A DNA stretch of 64,000 nt from the human T2T-CHM13v2.0 reference genome, Homo sapiens (GCF_009914755.1 NC_060928.1); one strand, 5' to 3'. Numbered from the stretch's first letter, positions 13,537 through 28,264 are shown. The notes: a model not told the origin generated them from the sequence alone. Translations and numbers: made by a program.

Positions 13537-15154
13537 GTAGCTAAGAGCACAAACACTGCCAACCCACTGACTTCAGGGGCACCTGCCCCATAAAACCTAT
13601 GAGTTATGACCTCTCAGAAACTCAGCCCTTCATGTGCAAAGTGGGAATAAGATGGTCTGTCTCCTGGGCTGCCATGAGGATTGAATGAGGTGAATTGCAC
13701 AGCCACAAGGTTGGTAGATCTGGCCACCAATTCTGGAGGCTTCCATGCTCAGGAAAGTGGCTTGGGCTGGGATGGCTGCTGAGGAATCATTCAGGAAATA
13801 TGTGGAAATGCTGTCCCTAGGCCTCCTCAGCAGAACCTGGATGAGGTCCCTCCTCATCCAGGGACCCGGGTGGGGGATGTTTCCCCAGGGAAGGGGGTTC
13901 TGAAGTGCAGCCATGTAGTTAGAGAGCCCTTAATCTGGTTCATCCCCTCATTTCACTGATGGTGAAACTGAGGCCAGAGAGGGACAGGGACTTGTCCAAC
14001 TTACTGTAGATTTTGGGAAAGTCACAGAAAAATTCCAAGAGCATCCCAGACCATCTCTCCTGTGAGTTGGGGCAGGGTGCAGTGGGATGTGGTACCTCTG
14101 TGTCCTGGCCAGGAATGAGGGCTCAGAAATGCCATGAATGAAAGTCACATTGTCAGCTCAAGGTCAATTCATCAAAAAGCAAAGACTGGTAAATGCATTT
14201 TTGAATAAAAATATGTTAACAAAAGAAACCCAGTCTGTGAATGTGCAGGAATCCCTCTCACTATCTGAACCTTTGCTATCCAGACTCCTGTTTTCCAAAC
14301 GCATGAATGAATAAATTCGATAAATGTGTTGCTATATCGCTTGCTATCCAAATCCTATTTCCTGTTGTATGCATAAATTTCTGGAATAAAATGGATTTGG
14401 AAAGGGAAAGATATATATATTCTTTTTGTGGATAAAAGTATATTTTATGCCACTTGGCTGAGGCTTCTCTCTGTTTACTAACCTCCAGCTATAACAACAG
14501 GGAACTGAAGCAGAAGGAACAACAACAAAAAAAACATTCTACAGAATTCACTACGCAGACATGATGAAGAACTTAGAAACTGATCAAAGCTGTTAGAACC
14601 ATTCCATTCTATGCACAAAAATGTACATTGTTCATAAATAGTTAAAAGAGATAAGGTAAATCCAGCAAATTGTGTTTCTCTATGATTTGACTTTCAGCAA
14701 TGTGACCTCTCAGTGCATTGACTTTTGATGAATTAACTTTCATTAAGTTGCTTTGTTTTCTTCACAGCTAACAGCTAGAGGGGTGGACCCTTGGAAATGA
14801 CCATAATATGTTGAGACTGCTGGAATGGTCAAGGTCTTCAACATTCCCCTATAGCCTTTTTGCACCATAGCAATTTGTGTCCTTATTGAACATTCCTCAG
14901 AATACTCCAGTTTGAGTGTACCATATGTTCCCAGTGGGGACCCTGACCCATGACTGTTATTGAAGGTAAGATCCCTAAGGGCAGAGACTCTATGTGTGTG
15001 CACATGCATGTGAGTGTGTGTGTTTGTGTGTTTGCTCCTCCACTGCATCTCCAGGCCTAGAAGGAGGCCCACTTTCTAGTAGGCTCTCAGTGATTATTTG
15101 TGGAATGGGGGTAAGTGAAGGAAAGCCCATAATTCTCATCTCTTGCCTATTCTA

Positions 15155-15651
15155 CAGTTACTGCCTCCAGGCAATTGTAGAATAGCCACAGTTCTTTGCA
15201 GCCCCTCCAATGGGAGGGAAAGTCTTTCCCCATCCCTTGAATCTGGGCGGGCTTTGTGACTTGCTTTGGCTGATAGAATGCAGCAGAAATAGTGTGGAGT
15301 TCCAAGCCCAGGCCTCAGGCAGTTTTGCACACTTCCCCTTCTTTTCTTGCAACTTTGCCACCATCATATAAACAAACCTGGTCTAGTCTGTGGGACAGTG
15401 ATGGACATGTGGTCAAGTTACCCTTCTCAGTGCCAGACCAATGAGTGAGGCTACTTTGGACTAGCTGGTGCCCAGATGACCTGCCAGCTGGATGTAGATA
15501 GGAGGAAATCATCTAGCTGAGATCAAAGAAGCCTGGGCCAGAAGAGCAAAACTGCCACACTGACTAACTCTTGCGAGCAATAATAACTGGTTGTTGTTTA
15601 ATCCATGAGGCTTGGCGGTTATTTGTTACACAGTCATAGCTAACCGATACA
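15155..15651 (+). mobile_element. Older MLT1 (F-H like) LTR
   Basis: cccttgaatctgggc...tgacttgctttggc...ttatttgttacacag...taaccgataca; 5' end approximate. Confidence 0.7.
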
Positions 15652-16542
15652 AATTCCTTAGTGATCTTTCTGAATTCACTCTTCCCAAGCCTCTCCCATA
15701 TTCCACATTTTACCTCTGGTTTATTCCCTCCTCTGCAGACTTTTTAAACACCAGTGTGATAATGCTATGTCCCAGCTCAAAATTCTTTGGTGGCTGCCCA
15801 CTTCCACAAGGACAAAGTTTAATTATTTCAGCCTGTGAGGCCCACGATGATCTGGCCACCACTTTCCCTGCACCCTGATGTCCCCTGAGGCCCTTTTACT
15901 CCAGAGCGTCTCTCCAGTTTTACATGTGTCCTAGGCTTCCATTAGCATCCTCTCTGATGTCTGTCCTCTACTCAGACATTCCTCCTTTTCCCTTTAGCTG
16001 GCTACCTCCAGGTCCACTTCTAGCTCAAATGGCACTTTTGCTATTAAAAAAAAATGCCCCTTTCTCAAATAAAATATTTTACAAGTTAGTACATTATTGA
16101 ATAAACAGAATGATCACACCCTGTGGCCAGGCCCAGCCTTGCCAGGGGAGTTCTCCAGATGCCCTCTCTGATGGCAGCAGCCCTGCAGATGCACATGTGT
16201 ACCCCCACAGCTGTCTGCTTACCCCACCCGTGAGCCAGTGTACACCTAAGCTCTGTGCCCTTCCCACAAAGTGGAGCACCATGCCAGTTTTGGAACCGCG
16301 CAGAGGATGAGAATCAGGCCTCTGAGAGTGGGCTAGAAAGGAAGCTCAGAGGCCATCTGGAGAACGGAGTGCACATGTGTGTATGTGCATGTGTGTGAAT
16401 CAGTATATGTGGATGTTGTGTAATCCCAGCTGTGTGCATGACTGTTTTGCTTGTGAGTTGATGTAGGAGATGGTGCAGTCCTGTTGTGTCAGAACCTGGC
16501 TGGGAGACCTCACATCCCCACATCGGCACCCATGTTCTCACA

Positions 16543-17218
16543 GGTTAGTGTCTAAGGTGGGATGCTGTGTCTTTAGAAATGGCCATAAGTTAGTGTCTGT
16601 CTAATGTGGGACGCTGTGTCTTTAGAAATGGCCATAAGTTAGTGTCTGTCTAATGTGGGACGCTGTGTCTTTAGAAATGGCCATAGGTTAGCGTCTGTCT
16701 AAGATGGGATGCTGTGTCTTTAGAAATGGCCATAGGTTAGCGTCTGTCTAAGATGGGATGCTGTGTCTTTAGAAATGGCCATAGGTTAGCGTCTGTCTAA
16801 GATGGGATGCTGTGTCTTTAGAAATGGCCATAGGTTAGCGTCTGTCTAAGATGGGATGCTGTGTCTTTAGAAATGGCCATAGGTTACTCTCTGTCTAAGA
16901 TGGGATGCTGTGTCTTTAGAAATGGCCATAGGTTAGTGTCTGTCTAAGATGGGATGCTGTGTCTTTAGATATGGCCATAGGTTAGCATCTGTCTAAGATG
17001 GGATGCTGTGTCTTTAGAAATGGCCATAGGTTACTCTCTGTCTAAGATGGGATGCTGTGTCTTTAGAAATGGCCATAGGTTACTCTCTGTCTAAGATGGG
17101 ATGCTGTGTCTTTAGAAATGGCCATAGGTTACTCTCTGTCTAAGATGGGATGCTGTGTCTTTAGAAATGGCCATAGGTTAGCGTCTGTCTCAGATGGGAT
17201 GCTGTGTCTTTAGAAATG
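16543..17218. repeat. 49-bp minisatellite/VNTR, 14 units (first 45 bp, last truncated)
   Basis: Unit ggttagcgtctgtctaagatgggatgctgtgtctttagaaatggccata; unit starts at 16543, 16588, 16637, 16686 ... 17176. Confidence 0.97.
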
Positions 17219-18120
17219 TCTTCTTGTGCAGTGCACACCCTGAGAACCCATACTTGGTGGCTCTGCTTGCTCTGACTCGATATTTAGAAATCAGTCTAAG
17301 TTGTACCTCCTCTAGGTAACCTGACATCCATTCACCCAGACACACATCTCCTCTGTGCTCCCTTAGTACCTGGGACCTGCCTTTAGCTTAGTTGCCTATT
17401 GTAGACCTTAAGAACTCTGGCTCTGGAGTCAAACTGATAGGAAGTGGAATTGTGGTTCACTGCTGTGTAATCCAGGTAAAGCTCTTAACCGCTCTGAGTC
17501 TCAACTTCCTCTATCCACCTCCCCTTTTCCCCCCAGTGACAAAGCCAATGACTACTTCTTCCTCTTCTTTACTTGGAAACTGAACTCCAAGCTCCTGATT
17601 GGGACATTTCTTATTCCTCTTTGTGCTCCCAGGGCTGAAGGACTAATTACAATGTTATTGACTTAACCTCCATTGGCACTGGGCATTGCCCTGTAAAAGG
17701 ACATCAGAGTGTGGGGTCTGACATGGGGCACCAAACAAAGCCATAGGCAAGAGCACATCACATTGTTGAATTTGCCTGTTTGGTTCTCAGAATCTCAAAA
17801 TAGTTTTTGATAAAAGCGGAAATGAATCTCTGCCATGCTTTGTCGACAGGGGTGAGAACTGGTTCTTGGGAGGTGGCAAGAAGTCTTAAATATCACAATG
17901 GTTTGCAGAGCTGCAAAAGCTTAGCCCTACCTGATGAAATCTTACTTCTTAGTGTTTATATTCTTCTGTTATGGAGAAATTTAATGAAAATTAGTTTACC
18001 CCTGAGGTGGTTGAAGCTTCCCACTGTTGTTCGTCCCAAGGGGCCTCCATCTCTCTCTGGTTCCCTATCCCTACCCACAGGGCTATAAATAGTCCATTCA
18101 CAGAACTGCTTTTAAAATCC

Positions 18121-18508
<388 letters not shown>

Positions 18509-19925
18509 TCACAGGGTAGTTTTAGATAGCTCATCTTTTAAGTCCCTTCCCTAAAAGCCTGTGTGGTAATGGGTGTGGAGTCTGAGTCTTTGTTTCTAGA
18601 CAGGGACTAGCACCAATGCTGGAGTTAATTCTCACCTTCTGTACGAATTCATTTTAGAGACATTGATGTGTCCTGAGCAATGGCTACTATTTAGTTTTAA
18701 GTCTAGATTTGTGAGACATTTCCATTTAATTTTCATTAAACAGTTTTTCAAAAATTATGACTATATGCCAAGTTGGTGTCATTATGTCTCTTAACTTATA
18801 GCTATAGTTATTTTAATGTGCATATATTTATTCCTTCTATGCAATACTTTCTGCTTGGTCCGGAGGATTAGAAAGCAATTTGTCATTCTGCTTTGCACAC
18901 AATTCCCTAACTTTTGAGGGGAAAGGAGACATCTGATTCGACTCCCCCTAAAGTGCTGGGATACTTAAGGTAATTGGGGTGAGGCCAAGGCCACGGATAG
19001 GGTTCTTTCTTTCATCTATTATTTGTTCATTCACTTGTTTATTCATTCAACAAGTAAGAATGTGCCCGTACCTGCCTAAGCACCCCATCCCAGGCAGGGA
19101 GACCTTGCTGTCTGCTGGCTGAGCTCCCTCTTGGGGCAGTGCAGGCTGGTGCACAGAGCCCTCCCACCCAACTTGGGGTAGTGCCTGCCCCCCTGGCAGG
19201 AGATTCAGAGGCAGACATATCTAGGGTTGAGTCTGGACTCCACCTTGCCTCTTTTGAGATCATGGATTCAACCTTGCTGGCATGAGAGAATTGAAAGGGA
19301 TCATGTATGAACAATGTTTGGACGAATCCCAGGCATTTGACACACATGGGTTCCTTCTTTTTTCCCTCTCCTGCCTCCTGTAAATCCAGTAAGCAATACT
19401 TATTCATTCCCAGGTCTGTCTCTTCTGTGGGCTCCTCCAGCATAGGAGGAGTTAAAGGACTGAGCCCTTTCACTTGCAGGGCAGGGCCAGGATGTTTCAT
19501 GGTTTCTTCTTTCCAGATGTTGCAGGTGCAGGCCTGGCATTGAGATAATGTCATACAAGTGGGTGGCTTTGACTCTTTATGTTATCTGATGCTCCTGCCA
19601 TCTTCCTGTCCCAGGCTCTTCTGGGTCTGCTGGACACAGCCTTTACCCCTTCTGGATCTCACCAGGCTCCTGTTGGGGCACACCTGCTGTGTGCAATCCT
19701 AAGAGCCTGGCTGGGATTCTCAACACTGTTTGCAGGAGGGTTTCCTCCTCGGGGTCAGCCGGGGCCAGCAGCCAATGCAGTTGAGAGTGCCAGCCCCCTT
19801 CCTCCTATAGAATGTCTATAGTGGTCATTCTCAACTGTGCCCTGTCCCTCTCCTCTTCCTCTGTGGGGGTAGAGACACTGTCTTGCTCATCCTTTTATCT
19901 TCAATTCCCAGCCCAGGGCTGGCAC

Positions 19926-20760
19926 TGTGGCATAACACACACACACATATATATATATATAAAATTGCAATATATATATATTTGATTTTTGTCCCTAGTT
20001 TTTGGCCCAGATTTCTTAAAAGCCTTGGGATTTCTGGAGTAACAAGAGTGGCTTTTGTCATTTATAATGAACCCCTAATGTGGTGACTCAGGTGGGTCAT
20101 TAGATGGTTTCAAGGCAGCGCTGGCCATGCTTGGAGGGTTGGAACCTTCAGCTCCATCTTCCAGCCTCTAAGGAAGGGAGAGGGGCTGCAGGCTGAGTTC
20201 AGTCACCAGTGGCCAGTGATGGCCTATATAATGGAGCCTCCATAGAAACGTCTAAATGATGGGGTTGAGGTGTTTCCCAGTTGGTAAACGCACTGAAGTG
20301 CTGGGAGGCTGGTGTATCCACAGAGGGCATGAAAGCTCCATGCCCCGTGATGCACCCCCATACCTTCTGTATGCCTCTCTTCCACTTGGCTGTTTCTGAG
20401 TTGCAGCCTCTATAATAAAGCTGTAATTGTAAGTAGGGCACTTTCCTGAGTTCTGGGAGTCATGCTAGCAAATAATTATCAAACCTGAGGGTAGCCTTGG
20501 GAACCCCTGAATTTGTAGTCAGCAGAGCAGAAGTGCCGGCTCCCTGGGACTCTGTTTTTGGTTGGTGTCTGAAGTGAGGGCAGTCTTGTGGGATTGAACC
20601 CTTTAACTCTTTCTGACACTCTGGGGAGGCAGTGTCAGAATTGAGCTGAATTGTTGGACACCCAGTTGTTGGTGGAGACAAATTGAAGAGGTGGTGTGGA
20701 AAACATGTGTTTGGTGTCAAAATACACACACACATTTGGTGTGAGCTGTGGTGGTAGAAA
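19926..20760. mobile_element. MER21-family LTR with internal (CA)/(TA) tract
   Basis: gggcagtcttgtgggattgaaccct, gtgtcagaattgagctgaattg, ggacacccagttg motifs recalled from MER21. Confidence 0.75.
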
Positions 20761-21143
20761 ACACCACACACCACACAGTAGGAACTTAATGAGTATGTTT
20801 TGAATGAATTCATGAAAAATACAAGCATTTATTGAGTGCTGACCCACTGTCAGGCTGTGTGTTTGGATACAGGTGATAGAAACAAGGTTCTTGTCTTTGA
20901 AGCAGTCCCTGATGTTAGGAGGACTGACCAACCATGGCCATTGTAATGGGGTGGGGGTGGGGATACACTAGGAGTTAATCTAGGGGGCTGTGGGAGCCCA
21001 GAGGGGCGGGCTGTTTCTAAGAAAGTCTCAAGATGCAGTATGAGCTGACTTTTTGAAGATGAGAAGCCACACCTCAAATGGATGAATAAGGGTGGTTGTT
21101 GCAAGAGGGGAAATAGCACATGCAAAGGCTGAGACCATGAAGC

Positions 21144-21201
21144 GTGTGTGTGTGTGTGTATTTATGTGTGTATGTGTGTGTGTGTGTGTGTTTGTGCGTG
21201 T
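21144..21201. repeat. (TG)n interrupted microsatellite
   Basis: Direct read. Confidence 0.9.
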
Positions 21202-24200
21202 GGGGCAGGGGGCAGCTGCCTGTGGCTCCAGATGGCTGCAGTGCAGGGAGAATGCGGGATAGAGAGGGAGGGCAGGCAGGGCAGGCAGAGACGACCACAT
21301 AGGTTCTGTCAAATGCTGATACGACCCTGCAGTCTTTCCAGAGGGGTCCTTTTTCCAAGCAAGGTATGTGCTGAGGCATCTTCCATCAGGACCGCTCCAT
21401 CTTCTGGGGTGCTCAGACCTTAATTCGCACCTTGATAATGGCAGTGGCCTTACCGCTCCATCTTGTTTGCATCTGTCCACTCCATTTAAACACAAACTCC
21501 CCATAGAGGACTTAACTTGGTGCCAGGCACAGAGTCAGGGCTTCATGTGATTTTTAAAACTGGAATTGACACATTTTGGCAACGATCTTCTTTTTTTAAA
21601 AGGTGAAGCTCTTTTATTTTGCCTCATTTATTAGACTTCCCTGCCACTGCCTTGGGGTTATGCACACAAATAAAATATGCAGCAGGAAACTGCCTCTCTT
21701 GTTTTCTTTCTTTGCTTTCACCTAATTTCAACTCCTTGTCAAGTCTTCTTACATCGACCTGTTCCTCACAGAAGCTGCCTCAGGCGGCCTCCTGGCCCTC
21801 TCCTGGGAGATCCATCCCTCTTCTTTAATCATGGAGAGCAGGCCCATGAGTCTCTCTGCCATTCAGCTCTGAGCATCTTCCTGCCACACTTTCCCGGGTG
21901 GCTCCCCTGGGGACTTGCTCTTCCCTGTCCACTTAGGAAGATGCAAGATGGTCTCATGGTCTAAGTGGCAGCTTTTCTTAGACAGGTAAGTTCCCTGAGG
22001 CTTTAAACTGTACACTGTCAATGTGAGTTTAAATGAAGCTTCTAAACCCTGGTCCATCTTGTGGCTAAAGTCATTGCTAGCCAGCGAGGCCCAGGTGCTG
22101 GGTCAACACAGGGGGTTGAAGATGGATTGAGGAAGCGGAGGGCAGGGGCTGACAGGTGATCTGGGATTGGGAGGTGCAGGTGGCCTTCCCTCCAGGGAGT
22201 CCCATAGACACTGATGGGGAGCCCAGCATTTAAAGCCCTGGAAATGCAGCATGTTCTACAGTCAAAAGAAAGCCACAGTTGCAAACACTTGGAACAGAAT
22301 CAGGATCATTGCAAAAAGTCTTGGGAGGGCTTAGGAAAAAAAAAACAGAGAAGGCTAAGCTTAGTGATTTTTGGTTAGCAAAGAACTTCAGGCAGATATG
22401 CAGATGAGTCCAATCTGGCTTGTTTGTGTGCATGGGTGGGGAAGAAGGTCAACTTTTCACTCAGATACAATGCTGACATTTACCGTTTCTTCTGGGAAAA
22501 CAGCTGTTATGGAAAAAGATAACTCGAGAAGCATTAAATCACACCATGAAACATACAGCTTTCTTGCCCTCATGACCTGCACTTATCATAGTGGCAATGC
22601 CCACACCTTTGCAGGGGTGGCACTGTCCCAGATAACTGCCCTGGGCTGGCTGCTCCAGGCCCCTGGCTGGTGTCTCTGCCTCCAGTTTCTTCTCACTGCA
22701 GGTCTGCCCTGTGAAATTCATGCACACAGACTCCCCAACAGACCTCTAGTGAGTTCCATAAAACCGCAAATCCTTAGTGCAACAGCCAAGACGCTCTGAG
22801 ATTTGCTTCTAGCTTATCTCCTGACTCCTCCTCTGTGTCTCACCCTGCACTCCGGGGAGTGGTTCCTGACGAGCACTTAGCTGTCATCAGATGAGGCCTG
22901 AATATCAATGTTTGCTTTGGTTTTCTTTCTAAGCCACCAAGTGATGGTAATATATTCAGCCAGGGTTTAAAAACTGCTCTAGCCCAGTGGTTCTTGAACT
23001 TGGCTGCACCTTGGAATCATGCAGTGTTAGAAAATGCCAAGCCTGGGCCCTAGCCCTCCAAGATTATGTCTTGGTTGGCCTTCAGTGCAGCCTGAGCACC
23101 AGGGCTTTAAAAGCTTCCCAGGTGACTGAGCAATGTTTGAGCACCACTGCTGTGGCTCTGATGGTTTATTTAAGGTTCGTTTGACATGAACTTCTTCCTA
23201 TATTCTGGCAGTGGCTGCTCTCACTGCCTGGAAATTCCTCCTTCCCTACCTCACCAGCTAGCCCTCTCCCAAGTTCCAAATTTCAGAGCTGAGGAACTAT
23301 AGCAGGGGTTGACACATGTTTAAAATAAAAAGTTAGAAAGAAAATATATTAGGCTTTTCAGGCCACATGTGGTCCCTGGCATGCATTCTTTCTTTCCCTC
23401 TTTTAAAATGCAAAAGCCATTCTTTGCTGGTGGGTCACACAAACTAGGCCAGGGACCAAATCTGACCTGTGGACAATTGAATTGCCTGTTTTGTGAGGCA
23501 GTGGGTTCCCTGTCAATAGATGCAATCAAGCCATGGCTGAAGGAATTCCTGGCAGGGAAACCATGACTAGGACTTAAGCTTCTGATAAATGACTGAACTA
23601 GAACATCTTTACGGTCTTTTCCAAACTTGGGATGCCTTAATTCTAATTCATCTCAGCCCCTGGAAGGTTTCCTCATCTGCCAGATGACCTCCCTCCAGCG
23701 CTGAAGTCATTCCCATGTTGTGTTCCGCCTCAGTTAATTGTGAAGATCTGCATGTGTCAGCACAGACTTCATTTCAAAACCAAGTGCTATGATTTAGGTG
23801 TCTTTGAATTTAAGAGACAAAGACCAAAGATTGTTCTTGACCTCTGCATTGAGATAATACCTGAAGCAGGAATGGCTGGAACCATGAAAATCAACATGCT
23901 TTTAATTCATCCTCAGCCAAGCTGATCTGACAACTAGAAACAAAAGACAAAAGTATTTCTTTCCACGTAGACACAAACAGGACTGATTTATGAGGATCAA
24001 GAGTAACCCCATCCTGGGAAGATAAAAGCAGGAGCCCCCTCCCCTTATCCTCAATTCTCTGTGTAGGCCATTTCTCCTTGGAATAGTTTTTAACCTTGCA
24101 AGTAAATTTCAAAATGGGCATAATTCCACTCAATCTTTAGCAAAGAGCTGAGGTTCTAGGACAAGATGGTGAAGATTTAAATCTAGCATTTGCCTCTTAG

Positions 24201-24258
24201 CTATGTGATTTGGGAAAAATTACTGGATCATTCTGAATATTGGTTTTTTCATCTATAA

Positions 24259-24542
<284 letters not shown>

Positions 24543-24918
24543 TTAGCAGCTGATCTATAAACCATCTTCTATCCTCTAGGACAGACAGACAGAAACCAGG
24601 GAAATAAATGGCCGTGTCCATTCTCCACATAAACTTCCTACCCCAACCTCATGATGGTATTTATTAGCAGAACAATAAGGGAGAGTCCTTATATTCACAA
24701 TGTTTTTAGTGGGCTATACCTGGTCTACTTAGATGGTAAGGTTTAGCTATGGGGCTAGCTTGCTGGAAAATGTCAGTGTTAGCTGAAAAATTATCTGAAT
24801 ATAAAATGCAGAAAATAGCTTCTTTCATGGAAGTGATGCATGTATGTCCTTTTTAGAGCCCTCATATGTTAAATCTGGACAACTATGCATCCTAATGTGG
24901 CAAAGAAGAACAGCAAGC

Positions 24919-24923
<5 letters not shown>

Positions 24924-24955
<32 letters not shown>

Positions 24956-24956
24956 A
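24924..24956. repeat. (CA)n microsatellite
   Basis: Direct read. Confidence 0.92.
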
Positions 24957-26065
24957 GATTTGAAAATCTGACTCTATTATCTTATATTCACCTAGTATTT
25001 TTGTGAAAATTAAAGCACTTAGAACAGGGCCTGGAATAGAGTAAGTGATCAATAAAAGTTATTACCAGAGACTGGATTTGGGGACAGATGTGAATGTGCT
25101 ATGGAAAGTCCAGGGTAGTGTGTAGAGGTGAATTTCTTATGTTTGTCGTGGAACGAAAACAGCATAGATTTTTAACACTTGGGTTCACATCCTAGCTCCA
25201 ACACTCACTAGCTGTTTCTTATCAGGGGAGCCCCTAACCCCTGTGGACTTCAGTTTCTTCATTTGTAGATGAGAGTGGTAATCCTAATTTGCAAGCCCAT
25301 CTTGCACAGTAGGGGTGATGTATATAAGGCAGCTGGTGCAGTGTCTAAGTTAAAGTTGATGCTCAAGAAAGGCTAGTGGCTGAATGCCATTATGAGTGGA
25401 AACTGAGCAAGTGTGGCAAGGACTGGGCAAAGAACAGGACAGAGCCTGGGAAGCCCTAAGCCACTGCTTCTGGGTTTAACCAATCACTTTAAGGGTGCCC
25501 TGTGGGTTCAGCACCTCCCAGTCCACATCTTACAGCTTAGTGCCTACTCAGCCCCTTCTATCTGAGTTCCCTGGTCATGATTAAACCACCTGCAAATACG
25601 TCCTGACAACCTTCTAGATGTCAGGCCAGGACTGGGCACTTTAGGAGAGGCTGATGTAAAAGTGCCAACTCTGCATCCAGGGCTGGCCATGGGACTTGTC
25701 ATCACCACTGGAATACGAGTGGAGAAGAGGGTGTTACCCCAGGTCAGGGCTCTTAAGAAGCTTTCTGCACAGTCTTTCTCCTTTTCACCTACTGGATGCA
25801 GTAGACCAGAGACACTCGGGGTTGGCAGAGCCACAGCCCAGGAGGAAACTGGGTGCATGTGCTCATCTACCTGGGACACTAGCCATGGGTGGTTCTATGA
25901 GTGAGACATGGATTTCTATTGTGTGAAGCTTCTGTCATTCAGAGACATATTTGTTAGGCAGCTAGCGTTACACTGACTGATACATGCTGTTAGTGACTCA
26001 GAATTCAGACTGCACATGTGAAACATTCAAGGTGCCTGCTCAGGAGCATGTTACTTTTTTAAACA

Positions 26066-26232
26066 ATTTTTTTAGAAAAGAGATGGGCTTTTTTTCTCTA
26101 GCACCCTGGCTAGAGTGCAATGCTGCCATCATAGCTCATTGTAACCTAAAAATTCTGAGCTCAAGTGAGCCTTCTGCCTCAGTCTCCTAAATAGCTGAGA
26201 TTACAGGTACATTCCACTACTACACCTGGCTA
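26066..26232 (-). mobile_element. Degenerate Alu right arm/monomer
   Basis: ggctagagtgcaatg...ctcaagtgagccttctgcctcagtctcc...gattacagg. Confidence 0.75.
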
Positions 26233-26426
26233 GAAATGTTTTTTTTTTTTAATTAGTAAAGTTGGGCTTGAAGATACAAGACCATTTTTTGGAGGGTTGG
26301 CAATTAAGAAGCCATTGGCCATCTGTGCAACAGTGTATTTGTTGGATGGAGGAAAGTGTGGGAGAATGTATGTGATAATAGACAAACCCTTCAGTTTTGA
26401 CTTTAAGGTATTAAAAACCTGGTTCT

Positions 26427-26980
26427 CAGAAATACCATTTGACCCAGCAATCCCATTACTTAGTATATACCCAAAGGAATATAAATCATTCTATTATAAA
26501 GACACATGCATGCATATATTCATTGCAGCACTATTCACAATAGCAAAGACATAGAATCAACCCAAATGCTCATCAATGATAGACTGGATAAAGAAAATGT
26601 GGTACATATGTACCACGGAATACTACACAGCCATGAGAAGGAACAAGATCATGTCCTTTGCAGGGACATGGATGGAGCTGGAAGCCATTATCCTCAGCAA
26701 ACTAACACAGGAACAGAAAACCAAACACCACATGTTCTCACTCATAAGTGTGAGCTGAATAATGAGAACACATGGACACAGGAAGGGGAACAACACACAC
26801 TGGGGCCTGTCTGGGGTGGGAGTGGAGGGAGGGAAAGTATCAGGAAAAATAGCTAATGCAGGCTGGGCTTAATACCTTAATTGCTGTCGATAAGTACAGC
26901 AAACCACCATGGCACACATTTACCTATGTAACAAACCTGCGAGTCCTGCACATGTATCCCGGAACTTAAAATAAAAAAGC
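26427..26980 (+). mobile_element. L1PA 3' fragment (ORF2 C-terminus + 3'UTR)
   Basis: Encodes EIPFDPAIPLL...DWIKKMWYI...MSFAGTWMELEAIILSKL, the L1 ORF2 C-terminus, followed by 3'UTR and A tail. Confidence 0.93.
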
Positions 26981-27532
26981 AACATGTATCCCATGAAAAA
27001 AAATATGGTTCTATTTTATCTTCCTCCTGCCTACCCCTGCTCTCCTCTCCCTCCAGCTTGGCATACAACAGGTGCTCAATAAAGGCTTGAGAAATTGATA
27101 AGAATGGAATTCAACCTTATATTTGTTCTTTCTCTGAAAAGAATCTTGGTATTAGCTTGACTAATCCTTTTGCTCCATGCAATTGGCTAGTGCCACCTTC
27201 ATATTTTTCTGATATCATTAAGCCCCAGCTGCCTCTTCCCTGGAGCTCAGGGATACTGCAGGAAAAGGGGTCTGCTCTCTCCACTTCTTCTCTCCTCCAA
27301 GGTTTGTTTTGAAAAACCCTGCTGCCAGGGCAGGCTCCCGTGTTACGCTGCTCACAAAAGCACACATCTTCCCTGCCAGCCTTTGCTCAGTTATTTTATT
27401 CCCTCTCTAACAAGTACTTGTGGAGCCTTACTATGTCTTCAGCACAGTTCTAGGTTATCAGGATAAGATTGTGAACCACACACCAGGTCCTTTCATGGAG
27501 CTTATTTTCTAGCCTGGAGGAGACACACATTA

Positions 27533-27750
27533 AAGACAGACTGCAGCACACAGGCCGCATGCAGCCCACTGCCTGCTTTTGTAAATAAAGTTTTACTGGG
27601 ACACAACCATGCAGTCCATTCATTTACTCGTTATCTATGGCTGTGTCCACACTACCATGGCAGAGGTGAGTAGTTGTGATAGAGAATGCATGGTCTGTGA
27701 AATAAAAGTATTTACACCTGGCCCTTTGCAGGAAAAATCTTCCCATGTCT
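27533..27750. mobile_element. MER58A-like DNA transposon
   Basis: gcctgcttttgtaaataaagttttactgggacaca...tatttacacctggccctttgcaggaaaa. Confidence 0.78.
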
Positions 27751-28216
27751 GCATTAAACAAATGAGTACGCAGGAAACCAACATGCCTGTGAACAATGCT
27801 ATGATGGGTGATGAGATAGAGGGTAGGTGTGCATGTGTGTGTGAGTGTATATAGTAAATGTGTGTGTGCTGGTTTTAGAATAAGTGGCCAGGAGAGGCCT
27901 CACTGAGCAGCTGACATCTCAGAGGGGACTTCCACACCAGAGGCAAGCCCCTCTGGGAGCAGAGACTGCTCCTGTCTGGTTTGCTCACGCATGTCCCCAG
28001 GCTAGCATAGGGCCGTAGGCTGGACACCTCCAGAGCACTGATGTGAAGATGTGGATGTGAGGTTGTGATGCAGATGCCCTGGAAGACTAAACACATTTAC
28101 TCCTCGCGTCCACTGTAAACTACAACATGTGCTGTGTGTTCATCCTCTAATTCGCTGCCCTGCCTGGGAGGTGCTTGCTTTCTTTTTCTTGCAGCCGTTC
28201 TGACCACCCTCATAGC

Positions 28217-28218
<2 letters not shown>

Positions 28219-28264
<46 letters not shown>
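28219..28264. repeat. (TG)23 perfect microsatellite
   Basis: Direct read; about 1.1 kb downstream of exon 10. Confidence 0.95.

Noticed and set aside
16543-17218. Regular array resembling a CRISPR
   Set aside because: Units are head-to-tail with no unique spacers, there are no cas genes, and the context is a human intron: it is a minisatellite.
26297-26856. ORFs with L1 ORF2-like peptides (also 53653-53987 and 52561-52806)
   Set aside because: These are truncated L1 3' fragments, not functional genes.
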